Assembly (NCBI GenBank): GCA_965203275.1
Contig: OZ241865.1
Coordinates: 2,336,001 to 2,400,000 of the forward strand
Direction: 5' to 3'
DNA from: Bdellovibrionales bacterium
GTDB lineage: Bacteria; Bdellovibrionota; Bdellovibrionia; Bdellovibrionales; JAUICD01
Length of the DNA stretch: 64,000 nucleotides
The notes below the pieces were generated by a model. It searched no databases and was not told the DNA's origin. It saw only the letters and a program-made list of their open reading frames with translations. Position 1 is the first letter of the stretch. Every line of letters begins with the position of its first letter. Positions 32,580-42,705 of this stretch are shown here, in pieces. The position numbers and the translations under genes are program-made.

Positions 32580-33212
32580 TCATAAACTATGTTGCAAAAT
32601 ATGAGAAAAAGCCAAGCACCCTTCCCTTAAACACATCAGACGAGAGCCATCCCATTTGACAACAGTAGAACCTGGGCCTTTAAGAACTTCTTTACTATCC
32701 ACACAGTGGGTATTGTCAAAGACCGATTGGATTTGATCAAGCTTATATAAAGGCTCTTGCTTTGAAAGATTAGCACTGGTACTTGTAATAGGTGTCTTTC
32801 TCTCTTTCATAACCATTTGCATAAAAGGGTGAGGTGTACATCTTAAACCTACATAACAAGAGCCTGCATGAATTTCTTTAGGTACAGATGGTAGGGCAGG
32901 AAGTACAAATGTAACTGGCCCTGGCCATAAAGCTTTCATACAGTTAAGTACTTCTTTTTGAATTAAGGCATATTTTTTAGCCATTTTAATATCTCTGACT
33001 AGCAAACTGATAGGCTCCTTAAAAGGTCGTTTTTTCATAAGGAAAATATATTCAAGGGCATTGATATTTTCAATAGATGCTCCTAGACCCCATAAAGTTT
33101 CAGTAGGATAAATTAAGATCTTCCCTTTACAAAGAATTTGATTGGCTTCTGAGGGTGTTTTAACCAGCCAACTCATTTTGTCCAATGTCCTTTCTGTATT
33201 GCATCCCTTCAA
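32580..33212 (-). CDS. tsaC: L-threonylcarbamoyladenylate synthase (Sua5/YrdC)
   Basis: YPTETLWGLG, KKRP, WPGPVT, TSTSANLS; true start probably M13. Confidence 0.88.
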   Translation of the reverse strand: MKGCNTERTLDKMSWLVKTPSEANQILCKGKILIYPTETLWGLGASIENINALEYIFLMKKRPFKEPISLLVRDIKMAKKYALIQKEVLNCMKALWPGPVTFVLPALPSVPKEIHAGSCYVGLRCTPHPFMQMVMKERKTPITSTSANLSKQEPLYKLDQIQSVFDNTHCVDSKEVLKGPGSTVVKWDGSRLMCLREGCLAFSHILQHSL

Positions 33213-34391
33213 AATAAATGTTCTCTAGCAAGTGATAAGATTCTTTGAGAGCTTGCCCTTGTGTATCAGCAATACCTACAGCATTTAGGACTCTTCCTCC
33301 ATTTGTTATCCATTGGTTGTTATTATCTTTTTTAGTACCTGCATGGAGGAAATAACAATTGTCGGAGTTTTTAGATAAGTCTCCTAAGATAGGGATGCCT
33401 TTTTCAGAAGATTGAGGATAACCTTTTGTAGCTACGACCACTACACTTGTGAATTGCTTTTTCCAAAGTAGTTGAGGTAAGTCACCTTGAGCTATGCTAT
33501 AAAATACATCAACCCATTGACCTTTAAGCAGTGGGAGAATAACTTGTGTTTCAGGATCACCAAATCGTATATTGTATTCCAAAACCTTTGGACCTTCTTT
33601 GGTCACAATCAAACCTATATAAAGCACTCCATAATAATCAAGTCCATTTTGTTTAAGAGCGTCAAGTGTAGGTTTTACAATTTGTATTTCAATTTTTTGT
33701 TTAAGGTCTTGCGATATAGGAATAGGCCCTATAGCTCCCATACCTCCTGTGTTGGGGCCTTTGTTGCCTTCTAATAAAGGTTTGTAATCTTGTATAAGAG
33801 GTAATGGTGCAAATTCATGTCCATTTGTTAAAATAAGATAACTGATCTCTTGCCCTTGTTGAAATTCTTCAAGGAGGGCTAGTGTATTTCCAAAACGTTT
33901 TTCTTCAAAAACTTCATGGGAAGCTTTTTCTAGTTCATAAATAGAGTGAGAAATATAAACGCCTTTGCCAGCTGCTAGGCCATCAACTTTAAGTACGTAA
34001 GGAGGGTTAAAATATTTTTTAGCTTTTGCAAGAGTATCATTGTGATTATGCACAATATGGTAAGGAGATGTTGGAATATGAACTTTATTCATAAACTCTT
34101 TAGCATAAATTTTAGAACCTTCAAGATTTGCTGCCCTTTTGGAAGGACCAAAGACAGCCATCCCTTCTTTACGTAAATCATCTGCAATGCCCTCAACTAA
34201 AGGGATTTCTGGGCCCACAATCACCATTTTGATACCTAAATTTTTAAGTTTAGATGGAATGATTTGTTTATTTTTGATCACTGAAGGGGGAAGACAGGTA
34301 GCATATTCAAAAATGGCATCACTTCCAGGGAAGCAAAAAACTTCATGATGGCATGTTCTCGTCCACCACTGCCGATAACTAAAACTTTCAC
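33160..34391 (-). pseudogene. purD: Phosphoribosylamine--glycine ligase, frameshifted near the 5' end
   Basis: Canonical MKVLVIGSGGREHAI (SD GGAGG, GTG 34391) lies in a different frame from the body (VGPE, LEGSK, GLAAGKGV, GPNTGGMG, RFGDPE). Confidence 0.8.
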
Positions 34392-34504
34392 TACAAAATC
34401 CTCCATTTAAGTTTAAACATATCTCATCAAGGTTAGACGTGACAATATATAACTTCACTTTGTTATAGGTAGCTTTAACGGATGTTCAAATGACTTTTGT
34501 GATA

Positions 34505-34778
34505 TTATGACAATGCTGATGTTTATGGCAAAGCTAGGGTCTTTGGTAATGCTAGGGTCTCTGGCTATACTTGGATCCGTGGCCATGCTAAGGTCTTTGG
34601 CAATACTTGGGTTTCTGGCCATGCTAGAGTCTACGGCCATGCTAAGGTTTTTGGCAATACTTGGATCCGTGGCCATGCTAGAGTCTTTGGTGATGCTTGG
34701 GTCTATGGCGATGTTACAGTTTCTGGCAATGCTAGGATTTCTGATTATACCTGGGTCCATGACAATGTGACATTTTGA
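34505..34778 (+). pseudogene. 3' remnant of a hexapeptide-repeat gene
   Basis: Near-identical to 35663-35989 minus one 54-bp unit; no start or signal peptide. Confidence 0.8.
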
Positions 34779-34875
34779 GGGAAACAGAAATCCCGATTTT
34801 ATAGTGGTTTTATGAGATTGATCTATAGGTATAATATAGATTTATAGATTTTCTTAGAAAATATTAAAAAATATC

Positions 34876-34904
34876 TTGACAAAAAGCATTAATAGGTGTA
34901 AAAA
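34876..34904 (+). promoter_or_regulatory. possible sigma-70 promoter (duplicated at ~36086)
   Basis: TTGACA-17-TAAAAA upstream of SD AAGGAGG. Confidence 0.45.
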
Positions 34905-34957
34905 CAACATATTAATTATGTATGAATAAATTATGAAAAGAATAAGGAGGAAAATTT

Positions 34958-35989
34958 ATGAATTTTATAAATGTAAGTATGATAATGGTATTTTTATTGG
35001 GTATGTCATTGAGTGCATTTGCTTTAGCAGACACACCTTGCGGTGAAGGCGTTGAAGGTTTTTACCATCACAATGGTGGTGGATTTGTAGCAAATACAGC
35101 TTTTGTAGAGGATACAGCTTATGTAGGACGACGTGCTGCTGTTTGCGATGATGCTAGGGTCACTGACAATGCTGGAGTCTTTGGCAATGCTATAGTCTCT
35201 GGCACTGCTAGGGTTTATGGCAATGCTCGGATCTATGTTGATGCTAGGGTCTATGGCAATGCTCAGGTCTATGGTGAAGCTACGGTCTCTGATTATGTTG
35301 ATGTCTTTGGTAGTGCTAGAGTCTTTGACAATGCTAGAGTCTATGGTGGTGCTAGGGTTTATGGCAATGCTAGAGTCTTTGGTGATGCTGAGATTTATGG
35401 TAATGTTGAGGTCTATGACTATGCTGAGATATATGACAATGCTAGAGTCTTTAGCGCTAAAGTCTTTGGCAACGCTGGAGTCTTTGGCAGTGCTATAGTC
35501 TCTGGCAATGCTAAAGTGTTTGGCAATGCTGAGGTTTATGACCATGCTAGAGTCTTTAGCAATGCTAGGATTTCTGGCAATGCTCGGATCTATGTTAGTG
35601 CTAGAATCTCTGGCAATGCCTGGGTTTATGGCGATGCTCAGGTCTATGGCCTTGCTAGAGTCTATGACAATGCTGATGTTTATGGCAAAGCTAGGGTCTT
35701 TGGTAATGCTGGGATCTCTGGCTATACTTGGATCCGTGGCCATGCTAAGGTCTTTGGCAATACTTGGGTTTCTGGCCATACTAGAGTCTACGGCCATGCT
35801 AAGGTTTTTGGCAATACTTGGGTTTCTGGCCATACTAGAGTCTACGGCCATGCTAAGGTTTTTGGCAATACTTGGATCCGTGGCCATGCTAGAGTCTTTG
35901 GTGATGCTTGGGTCTATGGCGATGTTACAGTTTCTGGCAATGCTAGGATTTCTGATTATACCTGGGTCCATGACAATGTGACATTTTAA
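34958..35989 (+). CDS. Secreted hexapeptide-repeat (left-handed beta-helix) protein
   Basis: Signal peptide, HHNGGGFVA, ~45 repeats of AxVxGN. Confidence 0.85.
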   Translation: MNFINVSMIMVFLLGMSLSAFALADTPCGEGVEGFYHHNGGGFVANTAFVEDTAYVGRRAAVCDDARVTDNAGVFGNAIVSGTARVYGNARIYVDARVYGNAQVYGEATVSDYVDVFGSARVFDNARVYGGARVYGNARVFGDAEIYGNVEVYDYAEIYDNARVFSAKVFGNAGVFGSAIVSGNAKVFGNAEVYDHARVFSNARISGNARIYVSARISGNAWVYGDAQVYGLARVYDNADVYGKARVFGNAGISGYTWIRGHAKVFGNTWVSGHTRVYGHAKVFGNTWVSGHTRVYGHAKVFGNTWIRGHARVFGDAWVYGDVTVSGNARISDYTWVHDNVTF

Positions 35990-36168
35990 GGGAAACAAAA
36001 ACCCCGATTTTATAGTGGTTTTATGGGATTGATTTATAGGTATAAATAGATTTATAGATTTTCTTAGAAAATATTAAAAAATATCTTGACAAAAAGCATT
36101 AATAGGTGTAAAAACAACATAGTTAATTATGTATGAATAAATTATGAAAAGAATAAGGAGGAAAATTT

Positions 36169-36762
36169 ATGAATTTTATAAATGTAAGTATGATAATGGT
36201 ATTTTTATTGGGTATGTCATTGAGCGTATTTGCTTTAATAGACGATGCACCCTGCGGTGAAGGCGTTGAAGGCTATATACATCGTGGTGGTGGGTTTGTA
36301 GCAAATACAGCTTTGGTAGACGCAACAGTTTTTGTAGGGCCGAATGCTACTGTTTGTGGTTATGCTAGGGTCTGGGGCAAGGCTAAAATCTATGACTTTG
36401 CTAGGGTCCATGGCACAGCTCAGGTCTTTGGTGAGGCTGAGGTCTATGGTGAAGCTCAGGTCCATGGCAGTGCTAAGGTCTATGGTAAAGCTAAGGTCTA
36501 TAGTACAGCTGAGGTCTTTGGTACAGCTGAGATCTATGGTACAGCTGAAATCGGTTACAATGATAGAATCAGCAATATTAGCATCTCCTCAAGTAGCAGT
36601 AGCAATCTTAAGAAACTGAGGATACCAAGGACTTCACCTTCACCATCATTGAAGGACTATCTGAATCTTAACGACGAAACTGATGATCTTAACGACGAAA
36701 CTGATGAGGATACCGAAAGTCCGTCACCATCACGGGACCATCCTGTGCATAAACGGATGTGA
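36169..36762 (+). CDS. Secreted hexapeptide-repeat protein paralogue with Ser/Asp-rich tail
   Basis: Same promoter and signal peptide as 34958; AEVYGE repeats. Confidence 0.8.
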   Translation: MNFINVSMIMVFLLGMSLSVFALIDDAPCGEGVEGYIHRGGGFVANTALVDATVFVGPNATVCGYARVWGKAKIYDFARVHGTAQVFGEAEVYGEAQVHGSAKVYGKAKVYSTAEVFGTAEIYGTAEIGYNDRISNISISSSSSSNLKKLRIPRTSPSPSLKDYLNLNDETDDLNDETDEDTESPSPSRDHPVHKRM

Positions 36763-36769
36763 ATCACTT

Positions 36770-37292
36770 TTTCTTAACATTTCACTCAAAATACATCATG
36801 CCTTTGTTTCCCTAAAATTGAACTGGCCTCTGTTTCACTAAAAGTGGTCTGACCTCTGGTCACTTTCTGGCGATGACCACGATGGCTTTCGCCATCGGTA
36901 AAATGGTCATCGCCTAGAAAGCCTGACCACTTTTAGTAAGAAGAATCCTCTTGTCTCTTAACATGATGTTAAGGAAACAAAATGCCTTTAAAATTATATT
37001 AAAAGAGCAATGTCTCAAAAGTCCGTTTACTTTTAGTAGGGAGGATATCTTCCTCTCTTTACACGATGTTAAGGAAAAAGTTCCTTTATTGCATTGAGCT
37101 TGCTCTCCAAAAACATTTTAGAGGCATATCTTGTTTCCCTAACATGGTGTAGAGGAATAAAAGGATCCTTCTCTACTCAAAATAAATAGATTTTCTAGGC
37201 AGTTAGCCTTTGATCGACGGCGGTAGCCGTCGGGCTAACTGCCAGAAAACATGCCAGAGGCATGATTTATTTTGAGTGAAATATTAAGGAAA
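36770..37292. repeat. Head-to-head cluster of structured repeats with three stacked left ends
   Basis: Forward copy ~36832-36980, partial ~37010-37085, reverse copy ~37133-37292. Confidence 0.9.
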
Positions 37293-37295
37293 TGT

Positions 37296-38498
37296 TTATT
37301 GTAAACATTGAGTTGTTTCTCGAATAAGACCTGCTATTTCTGCATACTGAGCATCTATAGGACTCTGCATATCAGCAATCTTCAAAGCAGAATAACCATA
37401 ATCATTTTGATAACAAGGGTCAGCACCATGAGTTAATAATACTTTAAGTCCTTCTATATCTTTTGCAAGAACTGAGTGCATTATAGGAGTATAACCATAT
37501 TCATCTACAATATGAGGGTCTGCACCTGCTTGAAGTAATAGTGACATAATAATTAAATTATTATTTTGAAAACTTTCTATAAAACACTCCATGCAAAAAC
37601 CAAATGCTTCACGAAGCATGGCTGCGTGAGCCATGGATCGACCATTTTCATTAATACTATATCTTCTTTTGATCACATTAGTTAAAGAAGTTTCAATCTC
37701 TTGCAGTGTCACATAAGTACCCACATTCTCCTCTATATTGAACAAATCGAAAATGAATTGAACTGTACTTGCACGGTTACTCCTAATAGCTGTATACAAA
37801 GCCGTTTGATCATTAGAACTTCTAGTATAAGGATCAGCACCATAAGAGAGTAATAATTCCATAAGTTGAATGCTATTTTTAGCTGATACAAGAAATGGAG
37901 TGAGTCCGCTTTTATTTGGCATATTAGGATCTGCACCAAATGCTAAAAGCATTTTCATTATAGGTATATTATGATTCCCAGAAGCCATAATTAAAGATGT
38001 ACTTCCAAGGATTGAATTTGAAAGATTAGGATCAGCACCTGCCATTAATAATTCTTGGACTACTTCTATATGGCCATTAGTCACCGCAGGTATTAAAGCA
38101 ATGCTACCAGTTCTTTCATTAGGTTTATTAGGATCAACACCAAGAGCTAAGAATAATCTCACTATTTTTATATGACCTCTAAGAGATGCTCTCATTAAAG
38201 GTGATGTATTTTGAGTACCATGCGGATTAGCACCAGCATCTAATAAAACCTTTACTGCTTCTATATCATTTAAGCCAGCTGATACCAGTAGTGGTGTTTC
38301 ATTAAATGCATCTTGAAAATCAGGGTTAGCACCTGCGTTAAGTGCATTTTTAATACCTACAATATCTTTCTTTCTAGCTGCATCTATAAGAGCCTGAGAC
38401 TGAGATGGCATATCATCAGCAAGTAAATGATCTTGATTAGCCCTTACAGCCTGTAAGGTAAGTGTGAAGAAAAATATAAAAATAAAAAATCTCACCAT
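37296..38498 (-). CDS. Exported ankyrin-repeat protein
   Basis: Signal peptide; multiple TPL/GADPN ankyrin repeats. Confidence 0.9.
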   Translation of the reverse strand: MVRFFIFIFFFTLTLQAVRANQDHLLADDMPSQSQALIDAARKKDIVGIKNALNAGANPDFQDAFNETPLLVSAGLNDIEAVKVLLDAGANPHGTQNTSPLMRASLRGHIKIVRLFLALGVDPNKPNERTGSIALIPAVTNGHIEVVQELLMAGADPNLSNSILGSTSLIMASGNHNIPIMKMLLAFGADPNMPNKSGLTPFLVSAKNSIQLMELLLSYGADPYTRSSNDQTALYTAIRSNRASTVQFIFDLFNIEENVGTYVTLQEIETSLTNVIKRRYSINENGRSMAHAAMLREAFGFCMECFIESFQNNNLIIMSLLLQAGADPHIVDEYGYTPIMHSVLAKDIEGLKVLLTHGADPCYQNDYGYSALKIADMQSPIDAQYAEIAGLIRETTQCLQ

Positions 38499-38608
38499 AA
38501 ATATCCTTACATTAACATTAAGAGTTTATTAAAATTCTTAAGAAAAAGGCAATAATAAAAAATAAGTTTTTGACATGGATATAATTTAAAGTTAAATAAA
38601 GACAGATT

Positions 38609-39484
38609 ATGGCTATTTTCATTTCTATTTTTGTGAGTTTATTTTGTTACTTAAGTTGTTTAAGTCCTCATGGTGCCTTAGCTTGGGGGGTAATGGGACA
38701 TCGTGTCATTGGCCAATTAGCCGAAGAGAAGCTAAATGATAAGGTTCTTGCTCAAGTTCAAAAGCTACTAGGCAAGGACAATATGGCAGATGCTTCCTTA
38801 TGGGCTGATATTGTCAAATCTAACCCTGAAAGAAATTTTCAATTCAAATGGCATTATGCTCGTATAGAGGATGGACAAACATATAAACAAAGCAAACAAA
38901 AAGATATTGTGTGGGCTATTAACCTGATGATTGGTATTCTTAAGAATGAACAATCTCACGAAAAAATCAACAAAACCCAGGCACTTAAGCTATTAATCCA
39001 CTTTGTAGGGGACATACATCAACCCCTTCATGCTTCCCGTGAAATAGATCATGGAGGAAGTAAAATCAAAGTGAAGTTTTTTAGTGACCCTCAGTTGTAT
39101 AATCTTCATCGCATTTGGGATAGTACAATCATTGAATTTTTCAGACTAAGTTATACAGAGCTAACAGATTATGTGCAGAGACACTATACAGAGTCAGTGG
39201 CACAAAAATCACCACAGCATTGGATCAACGAATCAGCTCATTTACGTCCTTACGCATATTTTTTTGATAATATCTATATTGAAACTCCGCCAGTGTTGAT
39301 TTCTCACAAAGACCTTCTTAAAAAATACCCTAATATGCTTAAGTTGCAATTTTCTACAAGCAGAAAACCTCGCGGTGTACCTCACATACATTATCAATAT
39401 GTCAACAGAACCCTTCCTATTATGCTCAAAAGACTTCATGAAGCTGGCATGCGACTAGCCCATCTTCTCAATGAGATTTTATAA
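38609..39484 (+). CDS. S1/P1 nuclease, secreted
   Basis: AWGVMGH, WAD, WHY, HFVGDIHQPLH, NLHRIWD, AGMRLA. Confidence 0.92.
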   Translation: MAIFISIFVSLFCYLSCLSPHGALAWGVMGHRVIGQLAEEKLNDKVLAQVQKLLGKDNMADASLWADIVKSNPERNFQFKWHYARIEDGQTYKQSKQKDIVWAINLMIGILKNEQSHEKINKTQALKLLIHFVGDIHQPLHASREIDHGGSKIKVKFFSDPQLYNLHRIWDSTIIEFFRLSYTELTDYVQRHYTESVAQKSPQHWINESAHLRPYAYFFDNIYIETPPVLISHKDLLKKYPNMLKLQFSTSRKPRGVPHIHYQYVNRTLPIMLKRLHEAGMRLAHLLNEIL

Positions 39485-39650
39485 CCTTAACCTTAAGTTA
39501 TTGAAGTGACAATTATTTAAATAAGTTATGCCAACCTCTATTTTTATTTATATATCAATACAGGGCTTTACATAATGATCTTGAGTTGCTATATATCATT
39601 ATGATATACTTTAGTCATATTAAATAAATGTATTTAAAATAGGAGTCATA

Positions 39651-39959
39651 ATGAAAGAGCGTGTATTAGAAGTTAAAGGTATTTGTAAAGGTACTATACG
39701 TAGGATTATTTCAGAGTTAAATTGTGGTTTTATTTCTAACAAAAAACATAAAGAAGATATATTTTTTTCTGTTCTCACAGAATTTAAAAACACATCCTAC
39801 AAAGCACTGAATGAAGGTGACCCTGTGGAAGTTTTTGTTGTCAGAACTTCTAGAGGCTTATTTGCAAAGAACCTTCTATTAAAAAGAGCTGATGTTTCTC
39901 GATCTAAAAAACACTGCCCTTCTCACAAACCAAAATTGAATCATCAACCCCATCTTTAA
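39651..39959 (+). CDS. Cold-shock (OB-fold) domain protein
   Basis: GFI, DIFF, LNEGDPVE, RGLFA. Confidence 0.7.
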   Translation: MKERVLEVKGICKGTIRRIISELNCGFISNKKHKEDIFFSVLTEFKNTSYKALNEGDPVEVFVVRTSRGLFAKNLLLKRADVSRSKKHCPSHKPKLNHQPHL

Positions 39960-40139
39960 ATATTCATTTTTTGTTTGGGCTTATATCTGTTGTTCATCTT
40001 ATTAGCTCGTTAAACCTTGCTTTAGCTGTTTCTTTTATTTTCATTTGATTAATTATGCAACTTAAGGCCTTGCTTAAGTAAAACCTCGACTTACAGTTGA
40101 TTTAACTTTTCCTAAAGTTGAATATTTAGAAAGAAATCA

Positions 40140-42323
40140 TTATTTTAAGAAGTCATTGACCTTTTTGACATCTTTTTCAGAAAAGAAACATCCTTGCACG
40201 CGATCAATATGACCTCCTTGCCTCATAAAAAGCATATCTCCTTTACCTAAAAGTTTTTCTGCTCCTGTTGTATCAAGGATCGTACGAGAGTCTATAGAAG
40301 ATGCCACCTTAAATGCAATACGTGTAGGAAAGTTCGTCTTAATTAAGCCTGTCACAATATCTGCTGATGGCCTTTGAGTCGCCATAATCAAATGAATACC
40401 ACAAGCTCTTGCTTTCTGAGCAATACGTGTGATAGGAATTTCTACAAGTTTGCCTTGGGTGATCATCAAATCAGCTAACTCATCAATGATAATCACAATG
40501 TAAGGCATTTCTGCCCATTCCCACGAAAAAGTTTTTCCCATACGCCTTTGAATAGCCTTTTGAGATTCTTTTTTAATAGTCTCATTAAAAGAATCTATAT
40601 TACGGCTATGCAGGTCAGAGAACTTTTGATAACGTAGGTCCATTTCTTTCTCTGCCCAACAAAGGGCATTTTTAGCTTCTGTTAAATCTGTGACGACAGG
40701 ATAAATAAGATGAGGAATACCATTATAAGGATTCAGTTCAATCATTTTAGGATCTATCATTAAAAATCTTAAATGTTTGGGGGACCTTGTAAAAAGCAAA
40801 CTATTGATTGCAGCATTGATAAACACACTTTTCCCTGAACCTGTACTTCCAGAGACCAATAAATGAGGCATACTACAAAGATCTTCTACAATCACATGAT
40901 CATAAACATCTAACCCTAATGCAAGAGGCAAAGCAGCATTGGTTTTTTGTACAGCCTTGACCATCTCTCTAAAAGAAACTCCATAAGGATTTTTGTTAGG
41001 TATCTCAATACCAACAGTCATTTTACCAGGGATAGGTGTCAAAATGCGAATAGACTTTGCACCTAACAATAAAGCTAAATCATCACTTAGTTTTGCAATT
41101 TTACTGACCTTCACGCCGGGGTCAGGTTGAAACTCATACATCGTGAGAGTAGCACCTACATGAAACTTTAAAACTTGACCAGATATTTGAAAACTTTTAA
41201 AACATTCTTCAAGTTTTTGAGATTGGTTTTCTTGACTTTTAGGCTTTTTACTGACAGGGCTGAGTAAATTCACATCAGGTGTGCGGTAAGTTTTAGTCCA
41301 CTTTTTAATAGAAATTGTAAATGCTTGAGTTTCTGCTTGAGCAGAATCCTTAGGTTCATCTACAGCTTCTGTCTCGGAAGTATTAGATTGTGGTGATTTT
41401 TTTACTTTCTTAGAACGACGTGCATTTTTACTTTGTTGTTTTTTATTTAATGCTAAAGACTCTCCACTAGCCTCATCTGATTGTTCTTGTATTGTTTCTT
41501 CAATCTCTTGAGATGGCATATCTTGAGATTCTGTATTTTGATACTCTGTATCTTGATACTGTGTACCTTGATACTCTGTGTCTTCTTCCTGAATATCTTG
41601 GTCATTATCATTGAGATCATTTGCTCTTTTAGTATTTTGAAGTGGTGGAAGGAATGGCAATTTGATCTGCAAATCTAAGCCTATATTGCGGTTGAATTCA
41701 TTAGTATAAAACAAAATATATTGAAGTCCTTTTTTGAGAGCCAAAAATAAGTAAAAGAAAAAATTATAAATTTGTTCTCTCGTCCATAAGAGAAGATGCA
41801 CAAGAGCAATATATCCAGAAGATATCCCTACAATTAAAATCATGCAAGTTAAGGAGGTTAAAGCACCATAGATACCAAAATTATTATATAAACTTCCTCC
41901 TATCATTTGACCAATCATTCCTCCAGCACCTTGATCTAACCTGGGTGAAATAGTATATTGAAAGTGATATTGAAAAACTGTTAAGAAGCTAGTGATCAAT
42001 ACTAAAAAGCAAGCATGAAAGAAAATTTGCTTAGCAAAAAACACAGTATTTTGAGTCACATCAGATAAACAGTGGCAACGAGCAATCATAATCTCAGCAA
42101 TATAGAGAACACTTATAGAAATCAAAAATGTAGAAAGACCAAATGTATGGAAAATTTGAAAGAAAATTTTTGTCCCTAATACACCAAAAGAAGACTGAAG
42201 GTCTTCACTAGGAATAAATAAAAATAATAAACCACTACTGATGATAAAAGCAGCTGTGACGATTGCAACTAAAAAGCAAATCTCTTGAAGTGGTGTTTCT
42301 AAATGGGCAATTTTTAACTTCAT
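40140..42323 (-). CDS. ftsK: DNA translocase FtsK/SpoIIIE lacking the gamma domain
   Basis: N-terminal TMs, MPHLLVSGSTGSGKS, IDPK, IIDELADLM, ATQRPS, GAEKLLGKGDML; start placed at MKLKI. Confidence 0.88.
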   Translation of the reverse strand: MKLKIAHLETPLQEICFLVAIVTAAFIISSGLLFLFIPSEDLQSSFGVLGTKIFFQIFHTFGLSTFLISISVLYIAEIMIARCHCLSDVTQNTVFFAKQIFFHACFLVLITSFLTVFQYHFQYTISPRLDQGAGGMIGQMIGGSLYNNFGIYGALTSLTCMILIVGISSGYIALVHLLLWTREQIYNFFFYLFLALKKGLQYILFYTNEFNRNIGLDLQIKLPFLPPLQNTKRANDLNDNDQDIQEEDTEYQGTQYQDTEYQNTESQDMPSQEIEETIQEQSDEASGESLALNKKQQSKNARRSKKVKKSPQSNTSETEAVDEPKDSAQAETQAFTISIKKWTKTYRTPDVNLLSPVSKKPKSQENQSQKLEECFKSFQISGQVLKFHVGATLTMYEFQPDPGVKVSKIAKLSDDLALLLGAKSIRILTPIPGKMTVGIEIPNKNPYGVSFREMVKAVQKTNAALPLALGLDVYDHVIVEDLCSMPHLLVSGSTGSGKSVFINAAINSLLFTRSPKHLRFLMIDPKMIELNPYNGIPHLIYPVVTDLTEAKNALCWAEKEMDLRYQKFSDLHSRNIDSFNETIKKESQKAIQRRMGKTFSWEWAEMPYIVIIIDELADLMITQGKLVEIPITRIAQKARACGIHLIMATQRPSADIVTGLIKTNFPTRIAFKVASSIDSRTILDTTGAEKLLGKGDMLFMRQGGHIDRVQGCFFSEKDVKKVNDFLK

Positions 42324-42705
42324 TTTCCTAGACCTTATTATGACCTTATTATATTTATCACATTCATGTATCGATCGCAGTTGTTTCAAGTTATATCGGT
42401 TATTATGTATGTAGAACTTTGCCTTAATGCGGAGATGATCGTCTGAAAGTTGAGGATTTGACGAAAATATGTCTCATATTGAGAAAATCTTAAACAAAAG
42501 TCTTAAAGTTAGTCACCTTGAAATGCATTATTCTTCTGGTTATTTTGAGCAGAGAATACCCCTTCAAAAGGACTGTTTTTCTGTTATATCTCAATAAAAC
42601 CTAGCAACAAACTAAAAAAAGCCATTGCTCTTTGAAAGAAATGCATACAAATAGACAAAAGTATGCAAAATTTGGTTAGGTATATTTTAAGCAGAAATAA
42701 AAAAA

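Noticed and set aside
34505..35989. DGR template/variable repeat pair
   Set aside because: The few differences are not adenine-specific and there is no reverse transcriptase in the window.
34455..36619. Alternative-frame and antisense ORFs over the hexapeptide genes (e.g. 35024..35998 minus)
   Set aside because: Shadow ORFs produced by the 18-bp periodic repeat; the + strand genes have SD and signal peptides.
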